Shown here piece after piece: positions 1 through 8,274 of a stretch of DNA of 64,000 nt. Position 1 is the stretch's first letter. Every line of letters starts with the position of its first letter. The position numbers were made by a program, and so were the translations under genes. Under the pieces are notes generated by a model. The model worked only from the letters and a program-made list of their open reading frames with translations. It made no database searches and was not told where the DNA came from. The DNA comes from Flavobacteriales bacterium (GTDB lineage: Bacteria; Bacteroidota; Bacteroidia; Palsa-965), in contig JBEIPA010000001.1 in NCBI GenBank assembly GCA_040377305.1, forward strand, positions 96,001-160,000. The letters run 5' to 3'.

Positions 1-1
1 C

Positions 2-1948
2 TGGATTCAAAAATTCACGTATCTGATTCTTCCGCCCGCGCTTGCATTCCCTCTTTTTCCGATTGTTGATTACAAGTCCTTTCTGAGAAATCATCATCCG
101 CAAGATTCTTCGGTGATAAAAACCGGATTGACAAGAATCGCAGCAGGATTGATATTCATGATGTCGTTTCGCATTCTGTATCTCTACTTCATTCCGGGTT
201 ATGTTGAAGTACACGATGCATTAAGCGTTTTCACTTACACAATTTGTAATTACCTCTACATCCTCAACGTTTTTGGTGTGATGTGGATTGCAGTCGGGTA
301 TCTCGGAATATTGGGGTTTGACTTGCCTCCCGTTTTCAATTACGTCTTTCTGATCGACAATTTTAGAGACATCTGGAGACGCATTAATGTATACTGGCGC
401 GATTTCATGGTGAAACTCGTTTACTATCCGCTTTACTTTAACCTTAGGAAGAAAACGAAAGCCGCGATTTTAATTACGTCGCTAACAACGCTCACCATAT
501 CAGCAATGCTGCATGGATGGCAATGGTTTTGGTTGCAGGGAACATTTGTTTTGCACGCGCCGGGTATCATTTTCTGGTTCGTGATCGGACTCGTGATTTC
601 AATTAATCTCGCGATGCAAAATCCGATTGGGCAAGCACCTAAAACATTGAGTCCGGCAATTCGTGCGCTAAGGATCACAGGAATGTTTCTGTTCATGTGC
701 ATCATGTGGTCGTTATGGAATAGTTCGTCGATTGATGAATGGATCCACCTGCTCTCCTACTACACCATCGGTACACCAATGATGTGGATTATCATCACTG
801 CTATTCTTTTCGGAATTTTTCTGTTACACTTTATCATTCAACGTTTGCCGGAAAAACCTGCCGGTCACCACATTCTCAATAAGGCGTATCATCCAGCGGC
901 AATACTTACCGTTTGTGCATTGATGCTGGCTCCGCTGCTTCCCAACATCTCTGAGAAAATTCCGGGGATTACCGGAGAGTTCCTCGCCTCAGTTTCGAAA
1001 GCGCAATTGAGTGATGCCGATCAAAGTGCGGCTACGGAAAACTACTACAATCGTATGCTTGCGAGCGATGGAATGGGATCTCGGCCGTGGGAAGTACACA
1101 CACCTGGTCGTGACGCACAATCGGGACTGGATGATGCGTGTGTGCGCAGTGAAAATCTGCTCGTCCGTGAATTGATTCCGAGTAAAGTGACTGTGATCAA
1201 CGGATGGACAATTACAACGAACAGTTTTGGGATGCGTGATGATGAATATGCACTTGAGAAGCCGGAGAGCACATACCGTATTGCAATTTTGGGTGCATCA
1301 TACGAAATGGGATCTGGCGTTGCACAAGACAGCACATTCGAAGCGTTGTTGGAGAAAATGCTGAATGATTCGCTCTCACCAAAAAACATTGAAGTGTTGA
1401 ATTTTGCAGTTGGAGGCTATCACTTGCCACAACTGGTTTGGGTTGCAGAAAATAAGTTGCCGCAGTTTCAACCAGACCTTGTTCTGTGTTTTGTCCATCC
1501 TGCAGATGCCGCGCGTACAAGCGACTATATGGCCAACATGGTGAGAAATGGAATTGATCTGCATTATCCTGAATTGTACCAGATCAGAAAGGAGTCGGGT
1601 GCAGAACAGCACATGGAGCAGAAAGTGCTGGTGAATAAGTTTTATCCGTTCACCGGGCGAATCACCGAGTGGTCGCTGGGTACAATTTATGCGACAAGTA
1701 AATCCATGAACGCGGAATTTGGCGTTGTATATCTTCCTTCGCTACAAGGGGCTGATGATTCGAAGTACTATGCCGGAATTGCAACGAAGCCAACTTTGTT
1801 TTTCAATCTAAGCGGGATTTACGGAAGCAATCCATCAAACTACGAATTGCCAGGCGATCCTACTCACCCGAACGCCGAGGCCCACCACAAGATTGCAGCA
1901 GAACTCGCGCGTCAACTCGCTCCGATCATCAAAGGTCAAAACCCATAA
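2..1948 (+). CDS. MBOAT-family membrane O-acyltransferase (AlgI/DltB-like) fused to a C-terminal SGNH/GDSL domain; 5' partial
   Basis: Frame is open from base 2 (WIQKFTYLILPPALAFPLFPIVDY...). MBOAT-like motifs FNYVFLIDNFRDIWRRINVYWRDFMVKLVYYPL and AMLHG plus many TM segments. C-terminal part has TNSFGMRD, ILGASYEMG, NFAVGGY and DPTHPN (SGNH blocks I, II, V). Confidence 0.85.
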   Translation, partial: WIQKFTYLILPPALAFPLFPIVDYKSFLRNHHPQDSSVIKTGLTRIAAGLIFMMSFRILYLYFIPGYVEVHDALSVFTYTICNYLYILNVFGVMWIAVGYLGILGFDLPPVFNYVFLIDNFRDIWRRINVYWRDFMVKLVYYPLYFNLRKKTKAAILITSLTTLTISAMLHGWQWFWLQGTFVLHAPGIIFWFVIGLVISINLAMQNPIGQAPKTLSPAIRALRITGMFLFMCIMWSLWNSSSIDEWIHLLSYYTIGTPMMWIIITAILFGIFLLHFIIQRLPEKPAGHHILNKAYHPAAILTVCALMLAPLLPNISEKIPGITGEFLASVSKAQLSDADQSAATENYYNRMLASDGMGSRPWEVHTPGRDAQSGLDDACVRSENLLVRELIPSKVTVINGWTITTNSFGMRDDEYALEKPESTYRIAILGASYEMGSGVAQDSTFEALLEKMLNDSLSPKNIEVLNFAVGGYHLPQLVWVAENKLPQFQPDLVLCFVHPADAARTSDYMANMVRNGIDLHYPELYQIRKESGAEQHMEQKVLVNKFYPFTGRITEWSLGTIYATSKSMNAEFGVVYLPSLQGADDSKYYAGIATKPTLFFNLSGIYGSNPSNYELPGDPTHPNAEAHHKIAAELARQLAPIIKGQNP

Positions 1949-1984
1949 AATCCCTATCTTTCAGCAACAGGAATCAATCAATCT

Positions 1985-2230
1985 ATGTCTGCAGAAATTA
2001 AATCAGAAGTCCGAACATTTCTTGATGCAAGTCTTTCGGGCGGGGCTTCCGCTATACAAGACGACACCAAACTCATCAGCTCGCGATTGCTTGACTCCAT
2101 CCTTGCTTTGCGACTCGTGACACATCTGGAAGCAAAATTCAATATTGAGTTTGCCGCACATGAAGTAACAGCAGACAATCTGGAGTCCATTAACCGGATT
2201 TCAGAATTCGTTTCGTCCAAAATGAAATAG
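1985..2230 (+). CDS. Stand-alone acyl/peptidyl carrier protein
   Basis: 81 aa acidic protein with LLDSILALRLVTHLEAKFNIEF phosphopantetheine-Ser motif; next to an adenylation enzyme. Confidence 0.9.
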   Translation: MSAEIKSEVRTFLDASLSGGASAIQDDTKLISSRLLDSILALRLVTHLEAKFNIEFAAHEVTADNLESINRISEFVSSKMK

Positions 2231-2236
2231 TTTCCT

Positions 2237-3721
2237 TTGAGCGTAGAAAATCAATCTCACCTCAATCGAATTGCACTTGTTGATTCGCAAGGCAAGTCGA
2301 TGACGTTTGGTGCATTGAAAACTTCCCGCGAAATGTTTGCTTCGATCCTTTTCAGATTTCAGGTTGGTGGCGGTTGTCGGGTAGCCATACTTCTCGAAAA
2401 ATCTTTGGCTAGTGCAATCGCTATATATACATGCGTGGATATTTCAGCTGCTTACATTCCAGTCGATGTACATCTTCCAAAATCAAGGATTGATGATACT
2501 CTTGCTGATTGTAATCCACACGTGGTGGTTCACAACCAACCTGGTCTCTTTCCTGATAATGAATCTCACGCTTGCAGAATTCCGGGTCTGGAAGAAACTT
2601 TCATCACGGTGTTGCTCGCCCCCAACTATCGTGAAGTTGAAAGCAAGCAAGCAATGCCCAATTTTTTCACCGAATACGTTTCATATGTATTATATACTTC
2701 CGGATCAACCGGGATTCCCAAAGGTGTTGTTGTGCCGTTCGATGCCACCAAGGCGTTTGTAATGTGGGCCAGTAAAAGTTTTGACATTGTTGAAACAGAT
2801 CAAATTGCCTCCATTGCACCGTTTCACTTCGATTTATCTGTATTGGACCTCTTCGTCGCACGATACAAAAAGGCGACACTTCACTTATTCAGTCCGGAGC
2901 AAGTAAGAAATCCACGGCTGATGAGCGAGGAATTGTCCAAGCGAAAGATCAGTACGATATACGCCACACCAACTTTCTACGGTGCACTGTTAGAATTTGG
3001 AAAAATCGAGAACCAGGATTGGTCTTATCTGCGCTCTGTCCTTTTCGCTGGAGAAGTCTTTCCGGTCAAACAACTTCACGGTCTGATGTCGATCTGGAAC
3101 AATGTCAAATTTTACAATCTCTACGGTCCAACAGAAACGAATGTTTGCACCTTCACGGAAATTCATCGGGATAATGACCGTACAGAGCCGTACGCGATTG
3201 GTAAGGTATGCGCAGGACATGAAATTGAAATTACTGAGCAAGGAGAATTACTTGTTGGCGGTCTTCATGTTGCGAAAAACTATCTGAACAGATCGGAGTT
3301 GACTGCCGAGAAATTTTTTACCGTTGGTAATACTCGTTGGTTTCGCACAGGAGATAAAGTTGAAGTTGATGGAACCGGACATCTCCTCTACAAAGGTCGA
3401 CTTGACAGAATGGTAAAACGACGCGGCTATAGAATTGAGCCTGGAGAAATTGAAAGTGCGCTGCACAAACTTGATGGTGTCACTGGAGCTGTAGTCGTTG
3501 AACACCGCGAAAGTCATTCTGTATTATTGGCTGCCGTTGTCACAACCGATGGCAGCCGAAATTTTGATATTGTACAATTAAAATCCGAATTATTTCAAGT
3601 TCTACCTGACTATATGCTCCCGGATTCGGTCATTACAGTTAATGAATTTCCAAAGACCAGCTCAGGAAAAATCGATTATTTGAAGGTGCAGCAGGATGTC
3701 GTATCTTCATTACATAAATGA
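2237..3721 (+). CDS. Stand-alone amino-acid adenylation enzyme, probably L-proline--carrier protein ligase (PltF/RedM/AnaC-like)
   Basis: Core motifs YTSGSTGIPKG, APFHFDLS, NLYGPTETNVC, FRTGD, GRLDRMVKRRGYRIE and PKTSSGKID. Specificity residues read by eye: DLLYLALVCK. TTG start. Confidence 0.85.
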   Translation: MSVENQSHLNRIALVDSQGKSMTFGALKTSREMFASILFRFQVGGGCRVAILLEKSLASAIAIYTCVDISAAYIPVDVHLPKSRIDDTLADCNPHVVVHNQPGLFPDNESHACRIPGLEETFITVLLAPNYREVESKQAMPNFFTEYVSYVLYTSGSTGIPKGVVVPFDATKAFVMWASKSFDIVETDQIASIAPFHFDLSVLDLFVARYKKATLHLFSPEQVRNPRLMSEELSKRKISTIYATPTFYGALLEFGKIENQDWSYLRSVLFAGEVFPVKQLHGLMSIWNNVKFYNLYGPTETNVCTFTEIHRDNDRTEPYAIGKVCAGHEIEITEQGELLVGGLHVAKNYLNRSELTAEKFFTVGNTRWFRTGDKVEVDGTGHLLYKGRLDRMVKRRGYRIEPGEIESALHKLDGVTGAVVVEHRESHSVLLAAVVTTDGSRNFDIVQLKSELFQVLPDYMLPDSVITVNEFPKTSSGKIDYLKVQQDVVSSLHK

Positions 3722-4812
3722 ATCCTTCTGCTCTAGATATTCGTCAGGCTGCGATTGATCACTCGCTTCAATTGAACTCGCACGATTCGTTTTCAGCGAA
3801 ATGGCAGTCGGCCTCTGGACTATTTTTTGCGGGTATCACCTTACCAATTCCAGGGATGACCACGCGTTTGAGTGCGGTCGATTGTGCAAACATTCTTTTT
3901 GAGCTCGGAAGAAATTCCAAAGACGGTGGTTTCAACTTTTCGCTTGCAGCACATTTGTTCGCGGCTGTAATTCCACTAGGAGGTCACGGGACACATTCCG
4001 TTCACCACGAAGCGAGAGAACGTATTTCCAATGGAGCAATTGCCGGGAATGCGATGACAGAAAGTTCCTCCGGAAGCGATGCATTCAGGATGAAAACCAC
4101 TGCCACGCGTAACGGAAAAGATTTCATTCTCAACGGAAGCAAAGTTTATGTAACCAACGGTCCCATTGCTGACTATTTCGTTGCATACGCAATCACCGAT
4201 GCGGAGAAAGGTTTTTTCGGTGGTGTGTCGTGTTTTCTAATTGATAAACTAAAGCACAATGTAATAGCTGGTCCGCCGATTGAAAAAACAAGTTTAAAAT
4301 CATCTCCGATGTGTGAACTGTTCTTTGACAATTGTGTAATTGAAGAGAAATATCTCATTGGTAAAGAAGGTGCGGGCGCCATGATATTTCTCGAATCCAT
4401 GGATTGGGAGCGCGCTTGTATTGCAGCGATGCATGCAGGAACGATTTCGAGATTGTGTAATGAAGCCGGCGCTTTCGTAAAGACAAGAATCCGTGGTGAA
4501 AAAGCTTTGAGTGAATTTCAAGGTGTGCAATTTAAGATTGCAGACATTGCGGTGCTTGGTGAAACATCCCGACTGATGGCCAATCGCGCGGCTGAAAAAG
4601 TTGATCAGAGAAACGGAACACTTGCGGCTGCACAGGCGAAAATTCTTGCAAGCGAATCTTTGATGCAAGCTGCAACGTTAGCTGCAACAGTAATGGGCGG
4701 AAGCGGTATCACCAACAAAAATGTAGTTAACGTACTTGTCGATGCACAAGCCGCGCTGATTTACTCCGGGCCGAATGATGTGCTGAGAGAATTGATTGCA
4801 TCACAATTGTAA
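3718..4812 (+). CDS. Acyl-CoA dehydrogenase family protein, likely L-prolyl-carrier-protein dehydrogenase (PltE/RedW/AnaB-like)
   Basis: AMTESSSGSDA, LNGSKVYVTNGP, MDWERAC, FQGVQFKIAD and IYSG in place of the MCAD YEG. ATGA overlap with the adenylation gene. Confidence 0.8.
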   Translation: MNPSALDIRQAAIDHSLQLNSHDSFSAKWQSASGLFFAGITLPIPGMTTRLSAVDCANILFELGRNSKDGGFNFSLAAHLFAAVIPLGGHGTHSVHHEARERISNGAIAGNAMTESSSGSDAFRMKTTATRNGKDFILNGSKVYVTNGPIADYFVAYAITDAEKGFFGGVSCFLIDKLKHNVIAGPPIEKTSLKSSPMCELFFDNCVIEEKYLIGKEGAGAMIFLESMDWERACIAAMHAGTISRLCNEAGAFVKTRIRGEKALSEFQGVQFKIADIAVLGETSRLMANRAAEKVDQRNGTLAAAQAKILASESLMQAATLAATVMGGSGITNKNVVNVLVDAQAALIYSGPNDVLRELIASQL

Positions 4813-4813
4813 T

Positions 4814-5182
4814 ATGAAGAAGTTACTGTTTGCGCTTATCATCGTTTTTGTCTCCTGTCAGGAAGAACAGAAAGACATTACCGGACGCTGGACGGTTCTT
4901 AAACAATTTGATGGAGGAAAAGAAGTTCCTTCAACTACTCCAGCTGTAACTTTTAACGATGACGGTACTCTCGAATATGAATGGCAGCGCGAACCCAGTT
5001 TTGTGATTCCCAAAACTTATTACCGAGTTGCGAATGATTCTTTGTATTGGACGACCAAACAAATGACCAAGGATGGTGAAAAGGCAGACAGTGGTAAAAT
5101 ACGTCTCGACTGGGAAGGTGAAAACCTAATTCTGAGAAGATCAAAGGATAACTACACTATACTGAAACGAGATCTGAAATAA
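4814..5182 (+). CDS. Small lipoprotein, lipocalin-like beta-barrel
   Basis: MKKLLFALIIVFVSC lipoprotein signal, then ITGRW motif. ATG at 4814 preferred over ORF-track start 4796. Confidence 0.65.
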   Translation: MKKLLFALIIVFVSCQEEQKDITGRWTVLKQFDGGKEVPSTTPAVTFNDDGTLEYEWQREPSFVIPKTYYRVANDSLYWTTKQMTKDGEKADSGKIRLDWEGENLILRRSKDNYTILKRDLK

Positions 5183-5198
5183 ATCCTAAGTTTTGAAT

Positions 5199-6938
5199 AT
5201 GCGATTTTACATTATAATTTTTTTCGTTTCGCTTCTGTTCATTTCTTGCGGACAAGACGCGGGAAAATATCGCGCGGCTGTAAAACTTCATGACCAGTAT
5301 GGGTACATTGATGAGACCGGGGAGTTTGTGATTGATCCTGATTTTGATGAAGCATGGGTTTTTATTCATGGCTCCGCAGTAGTGAGAGCTGATGGCAAGT
5401 ATGGCTTGATTGACAAGATGGGTGATTGGATTGTTGAACCTGAATATGACTCAGTGTTTCCATTTAGTCCCGATTGTTTTATGATCATCCAAGACTCACT
5501 TTACGGATTCGTGGAACACGGGACCGGGAAGATTCTCATCGCACCTCAGTACGACATGGTGTACAACTACACGATGGATTTATGTGTCGTGCAAAAAGGG
5601 CGTGCGCTTGGTGTTGTGAATTCCAAAGGAGTACTTACGTGTAGTCCACAGTTACAGGATCTGAAAGAAATGTATGGCCCTTGCGCTATTGTTGTGCAGA
5701 GTGATACTGCAGATGAAATGCAGATGTTATTAAGCATCATCGATGGTGGAGCTGTTAAAGTTGGCTTGTTGAGTAGTGAAGGAGAATTTGTGCTGCCATG
5801 CAAGTATGATGAAATTTTTGATGATGTGGCCAATGGCTTCTACTATCCATTTCTTCGCTCAGCAGAATACACGAATGATTCTGTGATTGGTGATATTCCT
5901 GTCTTGGTAGGAACGTATGGTATTGTTGATACCAACGGACGTATTCTAAGTGAGCCTATGTTTGAAGAAATGCCAGTATATGGAGATGGAATGTTTCGGA
6001 TCAAGCTTAATGGTACGTACGGTTTTGCCGACGCTTCCGGCAAAGTTGTGATTCCGCCGCAATGGGAATTTGCAGTTGCGTTTTCTGAAGGAAAAGCAAT
6101 AGTGAGTATGAACAGCAACTCATCCATCATTGATAAAACCGGAAAAGTACTTGCAACAAATCTGGGCGATGGCACGGGAATGTATCGCTTCTTCAACAAC
6201 CGGGCGCGCTGCAGATCGAATGATGGATTGTACGGCTATATGGATCAAACCGGAAAGAGAGTGATTGCACCCACTTATGATTCAGGTGACGATTTCAGCG
6301 AAGGAGTCGCAATTGTTGGAAAAGGAAATCACTACGGGCTCATTGACACCGCCGGAAATTTTTTGATTCAACCCGAATATGAATTCATCTACAATCTAGG
6401 CAGTGGCTTGTACAAAGTGAAAGATTCGGACGGCAAAACCGGGGTACTGAATAATAAAGGTGAAGTGATCATTGCCAAAGAATACGACGACGTATTTCAT
6501 TTGCAACAGAACTACCTCATGGTGGAAAAAGGATATCTCAGCGGATGTTTCGACATCACCGGGAAGGAGATCTATCCGGCAACATCACCGTTACAACTAC
6601 TTTTTGTCGAAGGAAAAAGTCTGGTGTACAATGAAACCAAAACCGGATTGATTGACACAACCGGAAAGTACATTGTTCCGTTAGAATACGACAGCATCGG
6701 ATACTTCTACAATGGATTTACCACGGTAACCAAGAACGGAGTTTACGGTGCAATTGATTCAACCGGCAAAGTTATTATCGAAGCGAAGTACACGACGTTG
6801 CAGCCATTCGTAAACGGATTTGCGGTGTTCCGTCATAAGGGAAAATTCGGTTATGTGAATTCTAAGGGAGAAGAAATAATTTCTGCACAGTTTGATGATG
6901 CAGGGGTGATGGTGGATCCGGAGAATCAAAAATTTTAA
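5199..6938 (+). CDS. WG-repeat lipoprotein
   Basis: Lipobox LFISC; many YG(Y/F)ID..G..(V/I)I.P.(Y/F)D...FSEG.A repeats. Confidence 0.85.
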   Translation: MRFYIIIFFVSLLFISCGQDAGKYRAAVKLHDQYGYIDETGEFVIDPDFDEAWVFIHGSAVVRADGKYGLIDKMGDWIVEPEYDSVFPFSPDCFMIIQDSLYGFVEHGTGKILIAPQYDMVYNYTMDLCVVQKGRALGVVNSKGVLTCSPQLQDLKEMYGPCAIVVQSDTADEMQMLLSIIDGGAVKVGLLSSEGEFVLPCKYDEIFDDVANGFYYPFLRSAEYTNDSVIGDIPVLVGTYGIVDTNGRILSEPMFEEMPVYGDGMFRIKLNGTYGFADASGKVVIPPQWEFAVAFSEGKAIVSMNSNSSIIDKTGKVLATNLGDGTGMYRFFNNRARCRSNDGLYGYMDQTGKRVIAPTYDSGDDFSEGVAIVGKGNHYGLIDTAGNFLIQPEYEFIYNLGSGLYKVKDSDGKTGVLNNKGEVIIAKEYDDVFHLQQNYLMVEKGYLSGCFDITGKEIYPATSPLQLLFVEGKSLVYNETKTGLIDTTGKYIVPLEYDSIGYFYNGFTTVTKNGVYGAIDSTGKVIIEAKYTTLQPFVNGFAVFRHKGKFGYVNSKGEEIISAQFDDAGVMVDPENQKF

Positions 6939-6955
6939 TAAGGACAAATAAAAAG

Positions 6956-6987
6956 CCTCACCCCTACCCCTCTCCCAAAGAGAGGGA
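6956..6987. repeat. REP-like hairpin CCTCACCCCTACCCCTCTCCCAAAGAGAGGGA between convergent genes
   Basis: CCCTCTC/GAGAGGG stem at 6968-6986; resembles the widespread CCTCACCCC...CTCTCC...GAGAGGG repeat class. Confidence 0.5.
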
Positions 6988-7086
6988 ATATAATCGTGAG
7001 TTCCGCAGGATTTGAACCAGTAACCTCATCACTACACTCTCATTCAGAGAATATATTATTGAGCTGCACGGGATTCTGAATAGTCA

Positions 7087-8106
7087 CTAAGGATTTAGGG
7101 AGAGATAATGCTTTACTCTTAACTCTGCGTTCTCACGAATATTCATGTAGAACAAATTCACATCGCTAACGTGGTAGTTATTTCCGAGATGGTAGAAACC
7201 TTTCTTCAAAGAAGGATCGGTGAACGTAATCCACAACAAGCTGCCGTGAATTTTCGTACGGAGTAAATTCTTTTCCGTTTTCTGCCAATCGAAACGCACA
7301 GCACCGAAGTGCAATTTACTTTCCGCAACACCCGCATCTTGTGTCCATGTAAGCGGATTCACACAAGCTGATCCGCGATAACGTGTATAAGGACCCGTGG
7401 TATCTTGTCTCCACGCAACTGTATTCCATGTTACGAAACAACCGATCTGCGATGCACTATCGCCCACCGGAATATCTTTGTACCGATTTTTCTGTGTATC
7501 GAAACCAATGGGATACGACGCAACGAGTTGATTCAACAAAGGTTTTCCGGTGAAGAAATCGTCCATCAGTCGCGCTACATGATATGCACCTTGACTATGT
7601 CCGGCGAGAATAATTGGTCGGCCGTGATTGTAATTCGCGAGATAGTATTCGAAAGATTTTTTAATGTCGGCATACGCTGTGTCGAGTGCTCGCTCGCCTT
7701 CTACTTCACCCTTCGTGAAGCTTCTTAGAATCGCCTGACGATACCGCGGTGCATAGACTTTCGCGGAGGAATTAAACGGAGTGGCCTGATGCATAACGCA
7801 TGCGTCGCACTTTTCGTTCAACTTTTTATCGTCGAGATTTCCGTTCCATGGTCCACCCGCTAAATACACGGTTGGATGCACGTAGAACACATCGACCTGC
7901 GCTGCGAGTTGGTTTTCTTTTGTTGGGCAATCCGGCGGAATGGTATCAGCGATATCATGTCGCGTCGGCAGTGCAATCCAGAAAGATTCAGAGGAGTAGT
8001 CGGGTCGAGTGATCGGTTTGGATTTTTTTCCGAGTGAAGAGACGGAGAATGCCGGAGCGAGGATTGAGAGGGAGAGGAAGGAAAGGGAGAGGAGGAGGCG
8101 GAGCAT
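7087..8106 (-). CDS. DUF3089-family alpha/beta hydrolase, secreted
   Basis: Signal peptide; DVFYVHPT, YAPRYRQA, ILAGHSQG (GxSxG), CVNPLTW and YHVSD motifs. Confidence 0.85.
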   Translation of the reverse strand: MLRLLLSLSFLSLSILAPAFSVSSLGKKSKPITRPDYSSESFWIALPTRHDIADTIPPDCPTKENQLAAQVDVFYVHPTVYLAGGPWNGNLDDKKLNEKCDACVMHQATPFNSSAKVYAPRYRQAILRSFTKGEVEGERALDTAYADIKKSFEYYLANYNHGRPIILAGHSQGAYHVARLMDDFFTGKPLLNQLVASYPIGFDTQKNRYKDIPVGDSASQIGCFVTWNTVAWRQDTTGPYTRYRGSACVNPLTWTQDAGVAESKLHFGAVRFDWQKTEKNLLRTKIHGSLLWITFTDPSLKKGFYHLGNNYHVSDVNLFYMNIRENAELRVKHYLSLNP

Positions 8107-8164
8107 GGGTGCAAGTATAGGAATTAGACGCGGTGAAAGCCAGAAGGTTACAAAGGCTATCGGA

Positions 8165-8179
8165 GACCCTTTGGGGGTC
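8165..8179 (+). repeat. Dispersed GACCCTTTGGGGG motif (REP-like), copy 1 of 6
   Basis: GACCC-TTTGG-GGGTC mini-hairpin. Other copies at 10673-10685(-), 11496-11508(-), 12319-12331(+, lacks first G), 25993-26005(+) and 26150-26163(+). Confidence 0.7.
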
Positions 8180-8274
8180 CCAAAATCAATTATTCACAAT
8201 AGTCGAAAAGGGTATTTGATGAGCTAAATTTGCAGTTATCCGACGATTTATATTTACGAATTTCAATTTACCAG

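Noticed and set aside
1985-3721. Calling the carrier and adenylation genes dltC/dltA
   Set aside because: The pocket residues (FAGE, NLYG, NVC) differ from the DltA pattern, and the coupled dehydrogenase has no place in D-alanylation.
6996-7080. tRNA-like T-loop (GGTTCAAATCC on the minus strand)
   Set aside because: The T-stem does not pair (ACTGG versus CCTGC) and no D-arm, anticodon arm or acceptor stem can be built. At most a decayed fragment, with no integrase nearby.
8050-8105. Purine-rich GA run as a repeat element
   Set aside because: It is the reverse complement of the Leu/Ser-rich signal peptide codons of the DUF3089 gene.
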